Position numbers and translations under genes: made by a program
Notes under the pieces: model-generated
The model's database searches: none
Seen by the model: the letters and a program-made list of their open reading frames with translations, nothing else
Told to the model about the DNA's origin: nothing
Shown here: piece by piece, positions 1-13,282 of the stretch
Numbering within the stretch: position 1 is the first letter of the stretch
Layout of the letters: each line of letters begins with the position of its first letter
Source of the DNA: Octopus sinensis
Taxonomy: Eukaryota
Length of the DNA stretch: 64,000 nucleotides
NCBI RefSeq assembly: GCF_006345805.1
Contig: NC_043002.1
Span: forward strand, 62,001 to 126,000
Direction: 5' to 3'

Positions 1-124
1 GTCATCCACAAAGAAACATACAAAGAAATGTATGTATGTATGCATGTATGTGTTTATTTATGTATGTATGTATGTATGTATGTATGTTGACTGATATTCT
101 TTGTGTTCTTTATTTTATTCAAAG

Positions 125-206
125 TGTTACAATTCAAGCACGTGTAGAAATGGAAGACAATGACCAATTCTCAAAAATACCAGTCTACACAGCCTTTGCT
201 ATCAAG
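125..206 (+). CDS. Exon 1 (in window), VWD: [27 protein letters not shown]
   Basis: ttttattcaaAG acceptor, AAG|GTAAAA donor; resembles the TVQAR...TAVAV stretch of SUSD2/MUC4 VWD. Confidence 0.8.
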
Positions 207-3200
207 GTAAAAATCTTCATTCATTTATATTCAACACAAGCATTTTTTTCACCTTTAAAGGGAGACAGGGGCAACTGAACTGACCGCCATCTATTTTAGT
301 TTCGACTCTAAACTGAGAAACAGTAAAATCAGCTTTTGTAAGAGTTCAGAGATAAATCTGAAGATTTTGAATCCAAAACTCCAAAGTTCTTCACTACTTC
401 TAGTGAGAATAATAAAAATTGTTTTTTTTTGATTATCATTAATGGAGGTGAAAAATTCCTCTGACACTAATTCTTTCTAATTTTTGGCACATGGCTAGCA
501 GTTTTGAAGGGAGCAGTTTACATTGTCCCCAGTATTTGACTGGTACTTGTTTTATTTACTTTGAATTGAAGAAAGGCAAAGTGGACCTCAGAATCTAAAG
601 ACAGACAAACTGCTGCCAAACATTGCATCTAGTATGCTAAGAATTCTGCCAGTTTATCACCTTCATGGTGATGATGATGATGATGATAATAATCATCATC
701 ACCACCATCATCGTCGTTTAACGTCCACTTTCCATGCTAGCATGGTTTGGACAATTTGACTGAGGATTGGCGAACCAGATGGCTGCATCAGGCTCCATTC
801 TTGGTGATATTAGAAATACACTTTCCTTGAATAGAACTCCTCCTTCTACAAAAAAGGATGTAAAAAGGGATTCCTATGGGTACAAAGACCAATTGCTCAT
901 AAAATAGAATGATTTTAGAAAATAGCTACATCAAAAGCAAAAGCCTGGATCGATTACAGGAAAGTATTTGGTAGTGTCCTACATAAATGGGTACTCAAAG
1001 CCCTTGATATATATAGACATTTATATATAAGAATTTTTTGCGTAATGAGATAAAAAAAGCCAAGGCTGTATAGATATTAGAGCATTTATAGATAGGTCTT
1101 ACAGCTGTTTCTAGGATATTTATTAATAATATCCCTTCATCGGAGATGGTGTGAGAGGAAAAATTAAGTCATAGTTAGTTTAGTAGATGTGATACAAAAT
1201 AGAGAGTGAGGTGGAGGAAAGAAAATAGATGCAAGATATGTATGGGTATTGAATTTGTAAATCCGTTTTATAGGCATAATGGTATATATGCAATATTCAA
1301 ATATCCTTTGAGTAAAATCCAAAAGTCCAACAGAGTTTAATATGAGTCCTTCCATATATATATATATACAGATATATAGATATAGATATAATCTCTCCTG
1401 TAATTTCCAAATTCTCATGAAATTGTATGGCCAAATGGAACACATATTTTTATAAACCATAGAAAGTGAGTGAGCCAATCTAATAGCATCCACATCAAAC
1501 GCCTTTTTCAAGATGACTCCCTCGTCCCATTACTTTCTGCATGGCACTGATCCCACTCTTTAATGAATTGAACAGCACTGAATATGGCTACAAAATTATT
1601 AAGAAGATCATGAACCATCTTTTCTACATGGACAATTTGAAGTTGTTTGCAATGAATGGCAAAGAACTCGGTCTGTGTGAGAGTTTAGCAGTGACATTGG
1701 GTTGGTGGACTTTGATAAGTCTGCTAAAGCAACTTCTGTAAGAGGCAAGCTCAGAGAAAGGATGTCCATTAAATCAGGTATCAGCGTTACCATCGAAGAT
1801 TTTGACCCACAAGAAACTTATAAATACCTGTGTATAAATGAAAGAGATGGCATACATCATAGCACTATGAAGGAAAAGATAAGCAACAAATACTACAGGA
1901 GAATAAGACTCAAACTGAACTCTAAGAATTGCATTGAAGCCATCATCAGCCTGGCAATCACAGTCGTCCAGTACAGTTTTAATATTATTAATTGGAATCA
2001 TACAGAATTTCAATGCATGGATAGGAAGTTGAGAAAGTTATTGTCAATTAATAACCTGCATCACCCTAAGATATTGATCACCTGTGCCTACCTAGAAGCA
2101 GAAGAAAAAGAGGAATGATGCATATAGGATTCTACCTTAAAACAGCCACTATAAAAATGAACAGCTACTTAACTAGGGCACATTCAGTTGTCAGGGAAAC
2201 TTGTAAACTTGCAAAGGAACTTGATATTAATCCTGACTTGGATGAAAAAACTGAAACCAATGCTACCAGGTGAGTAAAACAGTCAAACAAACTAGTAAAA
2301 AGGAAAAGTGGGCCCAAAAGCCCCTGCATGGACCATCTTCTTTGAAGCCAAAATGCTTATATTGACCAAGAAACAAACCAGCAGTGGCTGAGGAGTTTAG
2401 GAATGAAAGCAGACTGGCAACACAAGACCAAAGCTTTTTTACTACTTAAAAATATTCTTAAAAATGGTTCTGACCCAAAATGCAGATTCTGCAGCAAATT
2501 TGATGAAACAATAGACCGTCTTGTCTTGGGATGTCCTCTGCTTAAATATAAAAATTGTCACTATAGGGTAGGCTAATATTTACATCAGAAAATACGTAAG
2601 TACTACCAAATCAACACTCCTGCTAACTGGTATGAACACCGCTCTGAACCAGTGGTCAATGCTAAAAATGTCACCATCCTCCGGGATTTTCCAGACAGAA
2701 TAATCCAGGCTATTAAAGACAAGAAAGAAAATACTTGTAAACTGATAGATATGTGTCCTCCCTGATAAGAATATATCAAAGAATTTGAAAAGATCAGTAA
2801 ATGCAAGAACCTGGAAATTGAAAAACAAAAAAATATGGTATTTTAAATTGAAACTGCTTCCCATTATTGTAGGAGTCCTTGTTACAATAAAGATGTGAGA
2901 CCATAAACACTGTTGCCCTGGGAACAGCAGAACCATGGCAAAATGAGAAAAATTGATGAGATTTGAAACTCTAAAGAAAGAAACCAAAAGGCTATGGGCA
3001 ATGTAAATAGTGTATATTGTGCAAATAATTGTTGGTGCCCGAGGTATAGAGAGCAAAGAGATTGAAAGTTGGCTGGAAAAGATTGACATAAAAAAGGAAA
3101 ATAGAGAATTTCCCAAAAGCAGCGTTACTTGGTGGTAGTGCAAGGAATCTCTGCAAAGTCCTCAAGGTTTGAAAAGAACATATTTCTACAGTTTACAAGA

Positions 3201-6200
3201 AGTGATTATTTGGTACATTAATGACTGCCTGAAATTGGCATAATATGATTACAAAAGACAAAATGACAATGTAGTTAAGGATGATCCATTGGGAGCTCTG
3301 TGGAAATCACAGCCTACAAAGAGCAAACACGTGGTATGAGAAAACCCCAGAAGGGGTCACCAATAATGAAGATTGCAAAATCCTGTGTGTGGGACGCAAT
3401 AATTCAGTGTGATCACCTGACCAAACATTGGAAATCAGACATTATTGTGGTGAATAAAAAAGGAAGAACTTGCATGATAATCAACATAGTGATTATCAGT
3501 GATAACAGGATCAAAGAAGAAAAACTGAACAACTAAGATGATTTGAAGTGGAAAACATGAAGGGTGTGGTCAATGAGGGAAGCAGACATGATACCAGTAG
3601 TAATTGGCATGTTTGGCAACTACCAACATGACTTGAAAAGATTGGTGCAAATGTTAAGATAGAATGCAAAGAAAAATCAGCATTGTTTGCAATTGCACAA
3701 ATTTTTCACAAGGTTCTTGAAGCCTGACCAGTAAACAAGTGCCACCTTAGTCTGCTGACTGTGGACAGCTGACACTTTCCATCATACCCAGCAAAATAAG
3801 CTGAGAGTTTTCAGAACAACAACAACAGTAGCAGCAATAATATTTTTTCCCATCTAAACACGAAGGGGCATTAGATAATTAAACCAAGCCCATTGCTTCT
3901 TTGGAACTTTATCAACCCCAAAAAGCTGACTGACTAACTTGACATTGGTAAGATTTGAACTCAGAGTACAATCCAGGAACATAGAACTGCCTATGTAAAG
4001 GTCCTGTTCGTTGCTTGTTTAATTTTTTACAAAGTAAATATATTTTCTGTTCTTTGTTGGTACACATGGGACTTTACTTATGTTTTTAGCTTAAATGTAA
4101 CTTTAATAACATAAAACACAGCTAGAAAAAAAAAAAGGATAACAATGACTTTACTTGTAGACAAGTCATTGGTTGGTATTAATGTGTAAAATCCAACAAA
4201 GAAATCACTCAATTTTTCAGTATTAATCAACCAATGCTTAGTGAAAAAAATGCTCCATCCATACAAGTTAATCCAGAAAGCAATTTGGAGCATTTCTTAA
4301 GTTACTGCAGCATTTTTGACCAGTTTAACATTATTGCGTAATGAGTTTCCAAATTGTCTTCACATCTTGACTGTAAACGAGATAGCTGTGGCAGGTAGTG
4401 TTTAGCAGAGCGTGTTCACAGTGCTGTTGCAGCCATCTCCTCCTTCAATCTGGAATAACGAAAGTTGGCAGATCAGCTTATTAGATGTATGAGGAGGGGT
4501 CAAACATTTCCAGGACTGTTTAATGCCCTGGGGGCACAATACCATATTTCTGGGGGTGACACTCATAGCAAGTTTTTCAGATTGCTCATTGTCTTCCAGG
4601 GACATTCTTCTGCTTTTGAAGCATTTGTACCCCTCAAATCATTGTGTATGACCCATTGCCTCATTGCTCTAAGTTTGCTGAAGCATGCTCAATGTCTCTG
4701 TTGGCTCTTTGTTCCTGTTCAAGATTAAATTGCAGACTACAGCAGACACGTGCGATCACAAAAACACAAATTTCATAACTTGCAAAGTAAACACAGTGAT
4801 GTCACTCAGTACACTGCCTTACGAAGGTCATTGATAGCTCTCACTGTGCATGAAACCTTGTGCTGCCATCTGCCGGCGTGCTGTAGAACTAGTCTGGGAA
4901 CTTGTTGATACCAGCCTGTATAGTAATGATTCACTGAAATTACAAAAATCTAGAATTGTTCTAACCACCTCTCTTGAAAAAATCTCAAAAATTCTGGAAT
5001 ACTCCTCATTCTTGTAAAGAGTTTTTTACCCATCTATTTCTTCAATGTACGAATTGCTAAGAAATTGAAGAAGACAGAACCTCATCTCATATGAGCAAGA
5101 TTGTATATGAGAGCATCTTGATAGAAGGCTGCAGGCAAGATTGTTGAAGATTTCATCAAATTCTGAAGAGAAAGTAACATTGACTGGAGAACCGGTAAAC
5201 ATGACCATCTGTCACTGACAATCTTGGTAAATCCCTTTCGTAAATCTGTACAGTAAATCCATTTCTGACTGAGTGAAAAGTGGTGGTGCCCAGGGGAGCA
5301 GGGCTATAAAATACTGAGACAACTTTTGATAAGTTAATGAATTTTATTACTCTGGCTGTACACACACACACACACACACAGTTATTGTAGACTGCAGTAC
5401 AAGCTATGAAAAGGATCTAACTAATAAATTATATTAGAGATCATTAATATGGAAGTCAAGAATCAGATTGTATGTAGCATTCTTTAAGAAGTGAATAGCT
5501 ATTAAATCACTTCGAAATAAAAATTGTGATTTATTGATTCATATAAAGCATTCAAAAGGCAGGTTTGAAAGTTTCACGAGTTGAAGGGGCACGTCTGTTG
5601 GTAAGATTGGAATTCTACGTAGAATTAATCCTCCTCTCCTTTCATGTGCCCAGAGAAAATATTAGTCTTGATGGTATTTAGTACGGCTTCTTTACCATTA
5701 GTCTTGTGTCATTGCATAACCAGAGCTTGTCTTATTTACATTGCAGTATTATTTGCAATTCTACTTTTTTTCTTTTTTGTGTGTGTGTGTGTGTTAACAG
5801 TATACCTGAACATCCCATGAAATTGAACCCTTTAGCTTTCAGATTACTCTGTCAAATGTAATGCTTATTTATTCACATTGTCTTTAATTAATCATGCATT
5901 ATCTTGGAGCTCTGAGATTTCTTAATTTTAGAACGACATAGTGGGATGGGTATGAAAAGTCAGTTTGAACCTAAAACAGGTAGAATATTTGGGTCAGGTA
6001 TGGCTGGTTTAATTGCTGAAGGGTTAAATATTCTGTAGGATAAGGATCCCTTCTTCCTGTTTCACAGACATCGCTGTGAAACAGCTGTGTTTGTCGATTC
6101 ATTGACTGGACATTTTCCTAGATGTAGCAGTTGGTGTCAGTTGATCCTGTCAACCGTAACGTTTTCAAGCAAATGTACTTCTTTCACACAGTCACTGGTG

Positions 6201-8088
6201 TGTTAGTTAATGATGTTGTAGGTTGGCAGACACATTCAGTATCATCAATTCATCTGCTGTGTTAAACATTATGCTTAGAACAGTTGGGGTGGTGGTGGTC
6301 ATGTTGCTGTTACTGAAATAATAAAATCGTTTCTCTCTAACTTAAAACTAATTTTAATCAAATTGAGGGCTTGTCATGGTTGAAGATTTTTAAATATGTA
6401 TTTATGAATTAGTGTTTGGAAGGGTTTCGAGATATAGGAACCTTAGTAAAGCTGACACTGGAACTTGGTGTAGTCCTGTGACTTGTCAGCTCCTGTTAAA
6501 CTTTCCACCCGTTTAATGGTGAAGATGTTTAATGGTGAAGATGTGTGAATGATGTTGAACAGTTGTTTATTGTTGTTTGAACTAGTCTCCTCGTCATCGT
6601 CTATCGATGGGTGTGACTCCCTGATCTCGCTCTGCTGCCTTGTAGATAGACTTTCTAGTCAAAGGCTCCGGGTGGGGTCCCCTAAGCTAACCCCCTACTC
6701 CGGCCTAGGCAACCGGGTAGTATACACCTACTGAAAACCATGGATCCTTTTCTCTCTTTCACCATGGTTTGGATGGCACAGGCAGGAGAGGCTCATCAGC
6801 CACGGTTGGCAACCCTCCTAGGAGAGGAAAACTCCAACTTCAAACCTACGGCCCGAGGATCTCGCTGTCACCGTCCCAGCTCGCTAGGCCATGGCAGATG
6901 AAACTTGTGCTTAAAGGGTGGGGGCCAGTTTGCACACACTGCACTTCACCTTAAAAAACTCCCTAGTGCAGGCCAAAGGACATGTCCACGTTCTGTGACC
7001 AGCCATCCTAAAAGCCCTGCAGCGATGAGAAAGGGGCAAAAGTGGAAGATGTCACTGGAAGCCGTAGTCTCAACCCTACATGTTGGTGGCTCAGGACTTT
7101 GGTCGCCTGGTTGTCGATCCGGAGGTGACGACACCACTTGGCAGCATCCTGAGCGACCAGGCAGCCCTATTTAGGGAGAGCACTGCCTGCTCCACATGGA
7201 GAGGGGCAGTAGAAAAGGTTCGCCTAAACAAAGCTCGTCTCCTCTATACCCAGTTGACTAGCCGCGGTCAACGGGCATCTTCAGAGCGGTTGAACAAACA
7301 TGGAAACAAAACCAAAGGAAAGTAAGCAGGAGTTGAAAGTTGACTGCTGGAATGTCAGAATAGTAAATTAGTATGTTCCTTTATAAGATAAACAAGTGCT
7401 TCTGCGAATAAATTGTATGTGTTGGAGTAGAAAAAAAAAATTTAGATAAGTATTATTTTATAATCTAAATATACTGTCATGATATTGTTTCAATAAAGAA
7501 ATTGCCTCCCTCTCTTGGTATTAATATTTTAAAGATAATCCTTTAAATTATTAATCACTGGCAACAACCCTATGAAATTTGTTTAAGAAAAAAGCTCAAA
7601 CAGCCATTCTGATTCTGTTTTATTTTTTTTAATGAGATGTATTTGTTTATGCTATTAAAATGTTTGTGCCATTAAAATGAGCATGCCATTAAAATGTTCA
7701 TGCCATTAAAACATAAATTTCATAAATGCCATTTCTGCATTTTTTTTTCTTTTTTCCTAATATCCAAACACCTAATTCATTTGTTTACAAAAGAAGTTTT
7801 AAAAAGATTTTCTTCCAAAAATAATGAAAACAAGGTGGATGTCACTGGTAGTTGTGAGAATTTCTTGAATTAAAAATTTTTTTATTTAAATCTAGTCTGA
7901 AAATGCAGTTTTGGAAATAAGTGAGAAAGGAAATGTGTTGATTGAGAATAATACTGACAACATATTTGAAAAAGAAAACAACATCATCTTCTTTAACAAC
8001 ATGCATTTAGAGGTATTTATATCTGTTATTTTTCTGAATGACTAAGAGTTCTGTTTTCACTATACTCAAGATTCTTCTTCTTCTTGCT

Positions 8089-8152
<64 letters not shown>

Positions 8153-11100
8153 TTGTTGTTGCTGTTGTTGTTGTTGTTGTTGCTGCTGCTGCTGCTGCTG
8201 CTGTTTTTCATTATAATCTTCTTTCAATTCTGTTTCCATTTCTTGCTGAGTGTCTTCCTGACACCTAGGGCAGAGAAATGCACTGTATACATTGGTAGGC
8301 CATTAAAATAAACACACTAAATTGTCCATTTACAAAGTCATGTGATAGAGAAAAAAAAAGGGAAGAAAGACAGAGAAAAAATAAAAAAAGTAAACAGAAA
8401 ATAAAAGGGGAAAGGAAAAGAAAATCCCCAGCTACAATGCTCTTCCCAATATGTGTAACCAGTGACCAGTTAAGATGATCTTTTGCACTTGCTGTATGAA
8501 TGGTAAGTCAGGGATCATTCTTAAATTATTATTATTACTGGGTGAGAGAGCAGCAGTGCTTGCCATCAAAGTGACCCTGGGGTAAAAATATACAAAGCCC
8601 CAAATACCCACCATGACTACCTGTCTGATAAGGGTACACCAGGCACATGCACCACAACCATATGTGCATGACATGGTGATCTTATATCAAGATAAATAGT
8701 GCATGACCTCTTAGGTGGGGACCAGTCAGAATTTTCTTCAGGTTGAGTAACCCATCCCACTCAAAATGTCCCTGAATAAGATTTGCTTTAAGGATGATGA
8801 ACAAAACACCCATGTTTCCAGAGGTGAATTATTCAAACCCCAAAGAATTCCTCTCAGCACATGGCTGTGATGCTCCCTCATTACTTCTGCTCGTGATCAG
8901 AGATGCACATATCACCAGCCACTAAGGGACATGCTCTACTGGTTAAGGTCAAACAACTGACAAGCAAATCTGTGGTATTGAGCAGAATATTTGCTGTAGG
9001 CCATCTTTTATACCAAGACAAAACAATGTACATGATAACACTTCCAATCAGTTAAGATCAGAAGCCATGAGAGCCACTGCCTGGTACTGCTATCATTAAT
9101 ATCATTATTATTATTAGTTACTTTTAATCTGCATGTTTATTACAATCATGTGCTGAGCCACACCCAGCATCCTTGGGTGAGTGAAGGATAAGAGATGTTA
9201 TAGTATGGTTGAAAAGTTGGGGAGGGGAGGTGGTAGTAGTAGAGGAGGATACAGCATAACATGAAAGACAGCTAGAGGTCCTACAGGACAACCTGTTGAG
9301 GGCCACTGACCAATTCTGTTGTTGATGCAAAGTCCCCTCTTGACCTAAGGTAACGTGGTGGTGGAAGAATGTAGTTGACAGGGCCATTAAAGAAAAGAAG
9401 CAAGCCTGGAAGGACAGGAAGTGTGGTGATAGCAGAATAGCCAGAAAGGAAGTTAAGAGACAGAAAGGAAGCAGAAAAAAGAGGTTTGCCAATGTTTGGC
9501 ATTGTGAGGACCAAAGCTTTGAAGTGTTTCAAATTGCAAGACAGTGTGTGTGAGAGAAGATTGTATGCTCATGCGATGTGTGTGAATGAGGGCAGCTGTG
9601 TGAAGAAGTGTCATACTCTGTGGAAGGAGCCTATGAAAGAGGTAGTCCCAGGAAAATATGGGACGAGGTGGTGAAGCACGATCCTCAAACATTGGGCCTC
9701 ACAGAGGCGATGACAAGCAACTGAGACCTTTGGAGATATATGCTATGCTTGAGAAGTCCTGTCAAATGAGATCGTAGCCATGGCTAATGCCAGTGTCACA
9801 TAACTGGTACTCATTGAAAGCACCCTTCAAACATTGGGCGATACGCTATGCTTGTGAAGATCTATTGAGCTGAGTGAAATCACAGTCATGGCTGATGCCA
9901 ATGCTGTCTGACTGGCGGCACCTGTGCTGGAGGACGCATGTAAAAAGCACTGTTCATGCATTGTGCCTCATGGAGGCAGTGACATCAAGCCAAGTGAGAT
10001 CATAGTCATGGTCAATGCTAGTGTGACACAACTGGTCTGTTAAAAGCACCTTTCAATATGCTGCGCTTGTGAAGATCTGTTGAACCAAGTGATATTGTAA
10101 TCGTGGCCGATGCCAGTGCAGTCTGACTGGCACCCATGCTAGTGGCACGTAAAAAGCTCCATTTGAGTGTTGGGCCTCATGGAGGCAGTGAGAGATGACC
10201 AAAACTCTTGGTGATATACTGTGCTTGTACTGACCTGTCAAGCTAAGTGAGGCTGTAGTCATGGCTGGTGCCAATATCAGGTCAATGGCACCCATGCTGA
10301 TTGCATGTAAAAAGCACCCACTACACTCTTGAAGTGGATGACATTAGGAAGGGCATCCAGCCGTAGAAACCTTGCCAAATGAGATCAGAACCTGGTGCTG
10401 CTCTCCGACTTACCAGTTTTCAGTCAAACTGTCCAACCCATGCCAGCATGGAAAGCAGACATTAAATGATGATGATAATGATCATGATGGTGGTTGTTGT
10501 TGTTGTTGTTTTTGCTGTTGCTGTTGTTGGAGGAGGAGGAGGAGGAAATTTGATTTTCAAAAGCTTTTTTTGGCACTTTTAGTAATAATTATGATAATCA
10601 AAAATACAAGAGTGAAAAATTATAAAAATTAGTCTGAAACTGCTCTCATAGTTCATTTGACAGTACAATGGCTGTGCCATGTTATATACTGTTTACTAAA
10701 TACTGTAAATAAACGAATGGGACTAAAAGAAATGCAATTACTTTTTTGTAAAATCATTGCACTAAAGTCACTTATTTAATTGGTAATTAAGACAAAGTAG
10801 ATTTTTTTTGTGAAGTGGGAAGATTTTATTATTTAGTAGAAAGTTTTTTATATTTACAAAGAACACTTGACGATTTGAAACTTGTTAATTGGAATTAGTA
10901 ATAGAAAGAAAATATGAGAAGAGATGAATTTTAGAGATGTTAATAATAAGGAGAGGAAGAGTTGAGTAAATACAAGTTTAAAGACTTTAAAGTCTATTTG
11001 TCAGTTATTAGTAAAGAGGCAGAAAGGAATCAATCATTGTTTATAAGATTGGTAAAGGAGACATTTTCTTGCATATAAGAATTGTAGACATCAAGTATAA

Positions 11101-13229
11101 ATGATGGCAGTGGTTTTGTATTCCGAGCCGTGAACAGCAGTGGAATTCTTGATAGATGAACCTCAGAATTAGTTTGTAGAGGATTTGGTTGTTGTAGCTT
11201 AGCCTCTGCTTAGTCTTCATTCATTGACCCTTTGGCCTATGGTATTCACGTGGTGCCCGTTTAGTCATTGTTTTTTCCAGGTTTAATGTATCTAAGGTTA
11301 CATTATCTAGAATGTCCTTTTCTTAAAACAGTAGGGTGTGATTTTAGGGTAACAGAGTGAGTAACCCAATAGAAGATCCCCCCCCTCCTCATTAGTTCAG
11401 GAATAGTTTTTGTTTGTAAAGTACCGTCACCTATTTAGAGATTAAAAGAAAATATAGCCTCTGTGAAACATTTTGAATGATAGGGGTATTTATGTGAGGT
11501 TTTTAAAAATTGTTTGAATTGCCATGTTTAAGAGATGTTAGTATTTTGTTTGGATTGTGTAGAGTGTTGGTTTAGATCATTTTGAAGAAATCTGATCAAA
11601 TCCTCACTGCAAGGTAGATTGTAGATCTCTGTTCAGTGACTAAGAGGACAACCTAACTTACTCAGAGACAATGTATTTCTGAAGATTGAATGATGTGTAT
11701 AAAATTGTATCGTCAGCAAAAGATTGTGTGTGGTTCGAGAGAAAAAGTGAAAGTGTTATCTAAACCCTCAAGAATTCTTAGCAGATGCCTGCTGTGTTGG
11801 GGCAGACGAAAATCATACAAACACATGCTGAGTTTTTTGTGGCATTCAAAGATTGATAGGTTTTTTACATTTTCATTCCAGTCCTTCATGAAGACTCTGT
11901 TTATGTCAAAAGCAACAGCATTCTTTGCTTCCATTCAAAAGCAATATCGGGTTGATATGTGACAGAGGTGTGCAAATATAGTGGCTTTCAGAAGGAATTC
12001 CAACTGATCTACAAAATGATTTTTCTTTTTTTTCTTTTTGCATGATTTTATGTATCCTCTTAGAGATGGTTATTGGTGCAGAATAATCATTCATTTCCAG
12101 TTTGTTAGCAAATAAAAAGAAAATGCATGTTAATCAACTGAATGGGATTTTTTTCAATTATGATCTCGAATAGTTACTTGAGTAGTAAGTTTCTATCCAA
12201 ACAGTTGTCTTAGATAGAACAGCTGCAAATAAGTTTTGTAAAGGGCTGTAGTACTACCTAGCATGGAAGAAGAAGCCTGGCCATTCAGGTGTTATTTTGG
12301 CTCTATTATCGACATAGGGTCTTTTTTTGAAAAGATATTAGATTGTGAGATAGCATTTGCACAGTTTGTGAAGGAATCAGTGTTACTGCGTACTTAGAAA
12401 AGTGTTAGATTACGGTAACATATGCAGTGATTATCTTAGCACTGTTGAATGAGACCAGATTGCTATCTCCCCATTGGAAAATATTCTCAAAATGTAAATC
12501 AGGGGACCAAAATCAATGAGAAGTTACATCATCCAAAATTCAGACTTAGATATGACGTAAATATGTTGACCCAAATTAAAATTAAAATCAAATCTATTTT
12601 TCATGATAAAAAAAAAAACCAAACTCTGAATGATTTCATGTTGATTTTGTGACTGGTTCACATATATTTATTTCTTATTATTTTGTAGATTATTTCTGTT
12701 AATGATTCCATGGGAATAATTTTGACCCTTCCACACTATTTACAACAACCATATTTATTATCTGGTTTACTAACTGGAAAGATGCCAAATGGACAAGCGA
12801 TTGATCCCTCATCTGAAAGGGATGTGTATAGAATTTGGGAAGCTTGTAAGTATCTTTAACCCTTTCATTTTAAGAATTCTTATGAAAGACCTCAACAATA
12901 TTTCCTCAGTTATTGTCATATTCTGTTTCCTCTTTCTGCATTTACACATATAACATTATCATTGGCATCACTGTTGTCATCATCATCATCATTTAATGTC
13001 TGTTTTCCATTTTGGCATAGGTCGGATGGTTTGGCAGGGTCTGATGAGCTACAGAGTTGCATCAAGGTTCCAATGTCTGCTTTGGCAGGATTTCTATGGC
13101 TGGATGCCCTTTCTAATGCCAACCCTTTTACACTGTGTACTGGTGGTTTTTGTGACACCAGTTGGTGAGGTTGCCTAGCAACTTTCAAAACAATGTAGGG
13201 AAAAGGGAAAATCTCCCTTGATGAACTGT

Positions 13230-13282
<53 letters not shown>

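Larger units (their letters stand above)
815..2920 (+). mobile_element. Decayed R4/Dong-like non-LTR retrotransposon (RT, CCHC knuckle, restriction-like endonuclease), interrupted at about 1012-1385
   Basis: Frame-broken peptides resembling QKGC...KDQLL, FQ(G)DSL, NHLFYMD(N)[24 protein letters not shown]...ETID..V.GC, NWYEH..EPVV. Confidence 0.85.

Noticed and set aside
2580-3143. 187-aa minus ORF, and other antisense ORFs over LINEs or mariners (29724, 48507, 49270, 60889)
   Set aside because: Shadow frames on the opposite strand of recognisable transposon coding sequence
6609-6735. HDV-like ribozyme at the RTE 5' end (GGGTGTG can pair with TACACCT)
   Set aside because: No P1.1 GG, P3/L3 too long, and no P2/J4-2 arrangement found
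6755-6802. Minus-strand CTGATGA...GAAA near 6795
   Set aside because: Weak stem II and no stem III or NUH pairing
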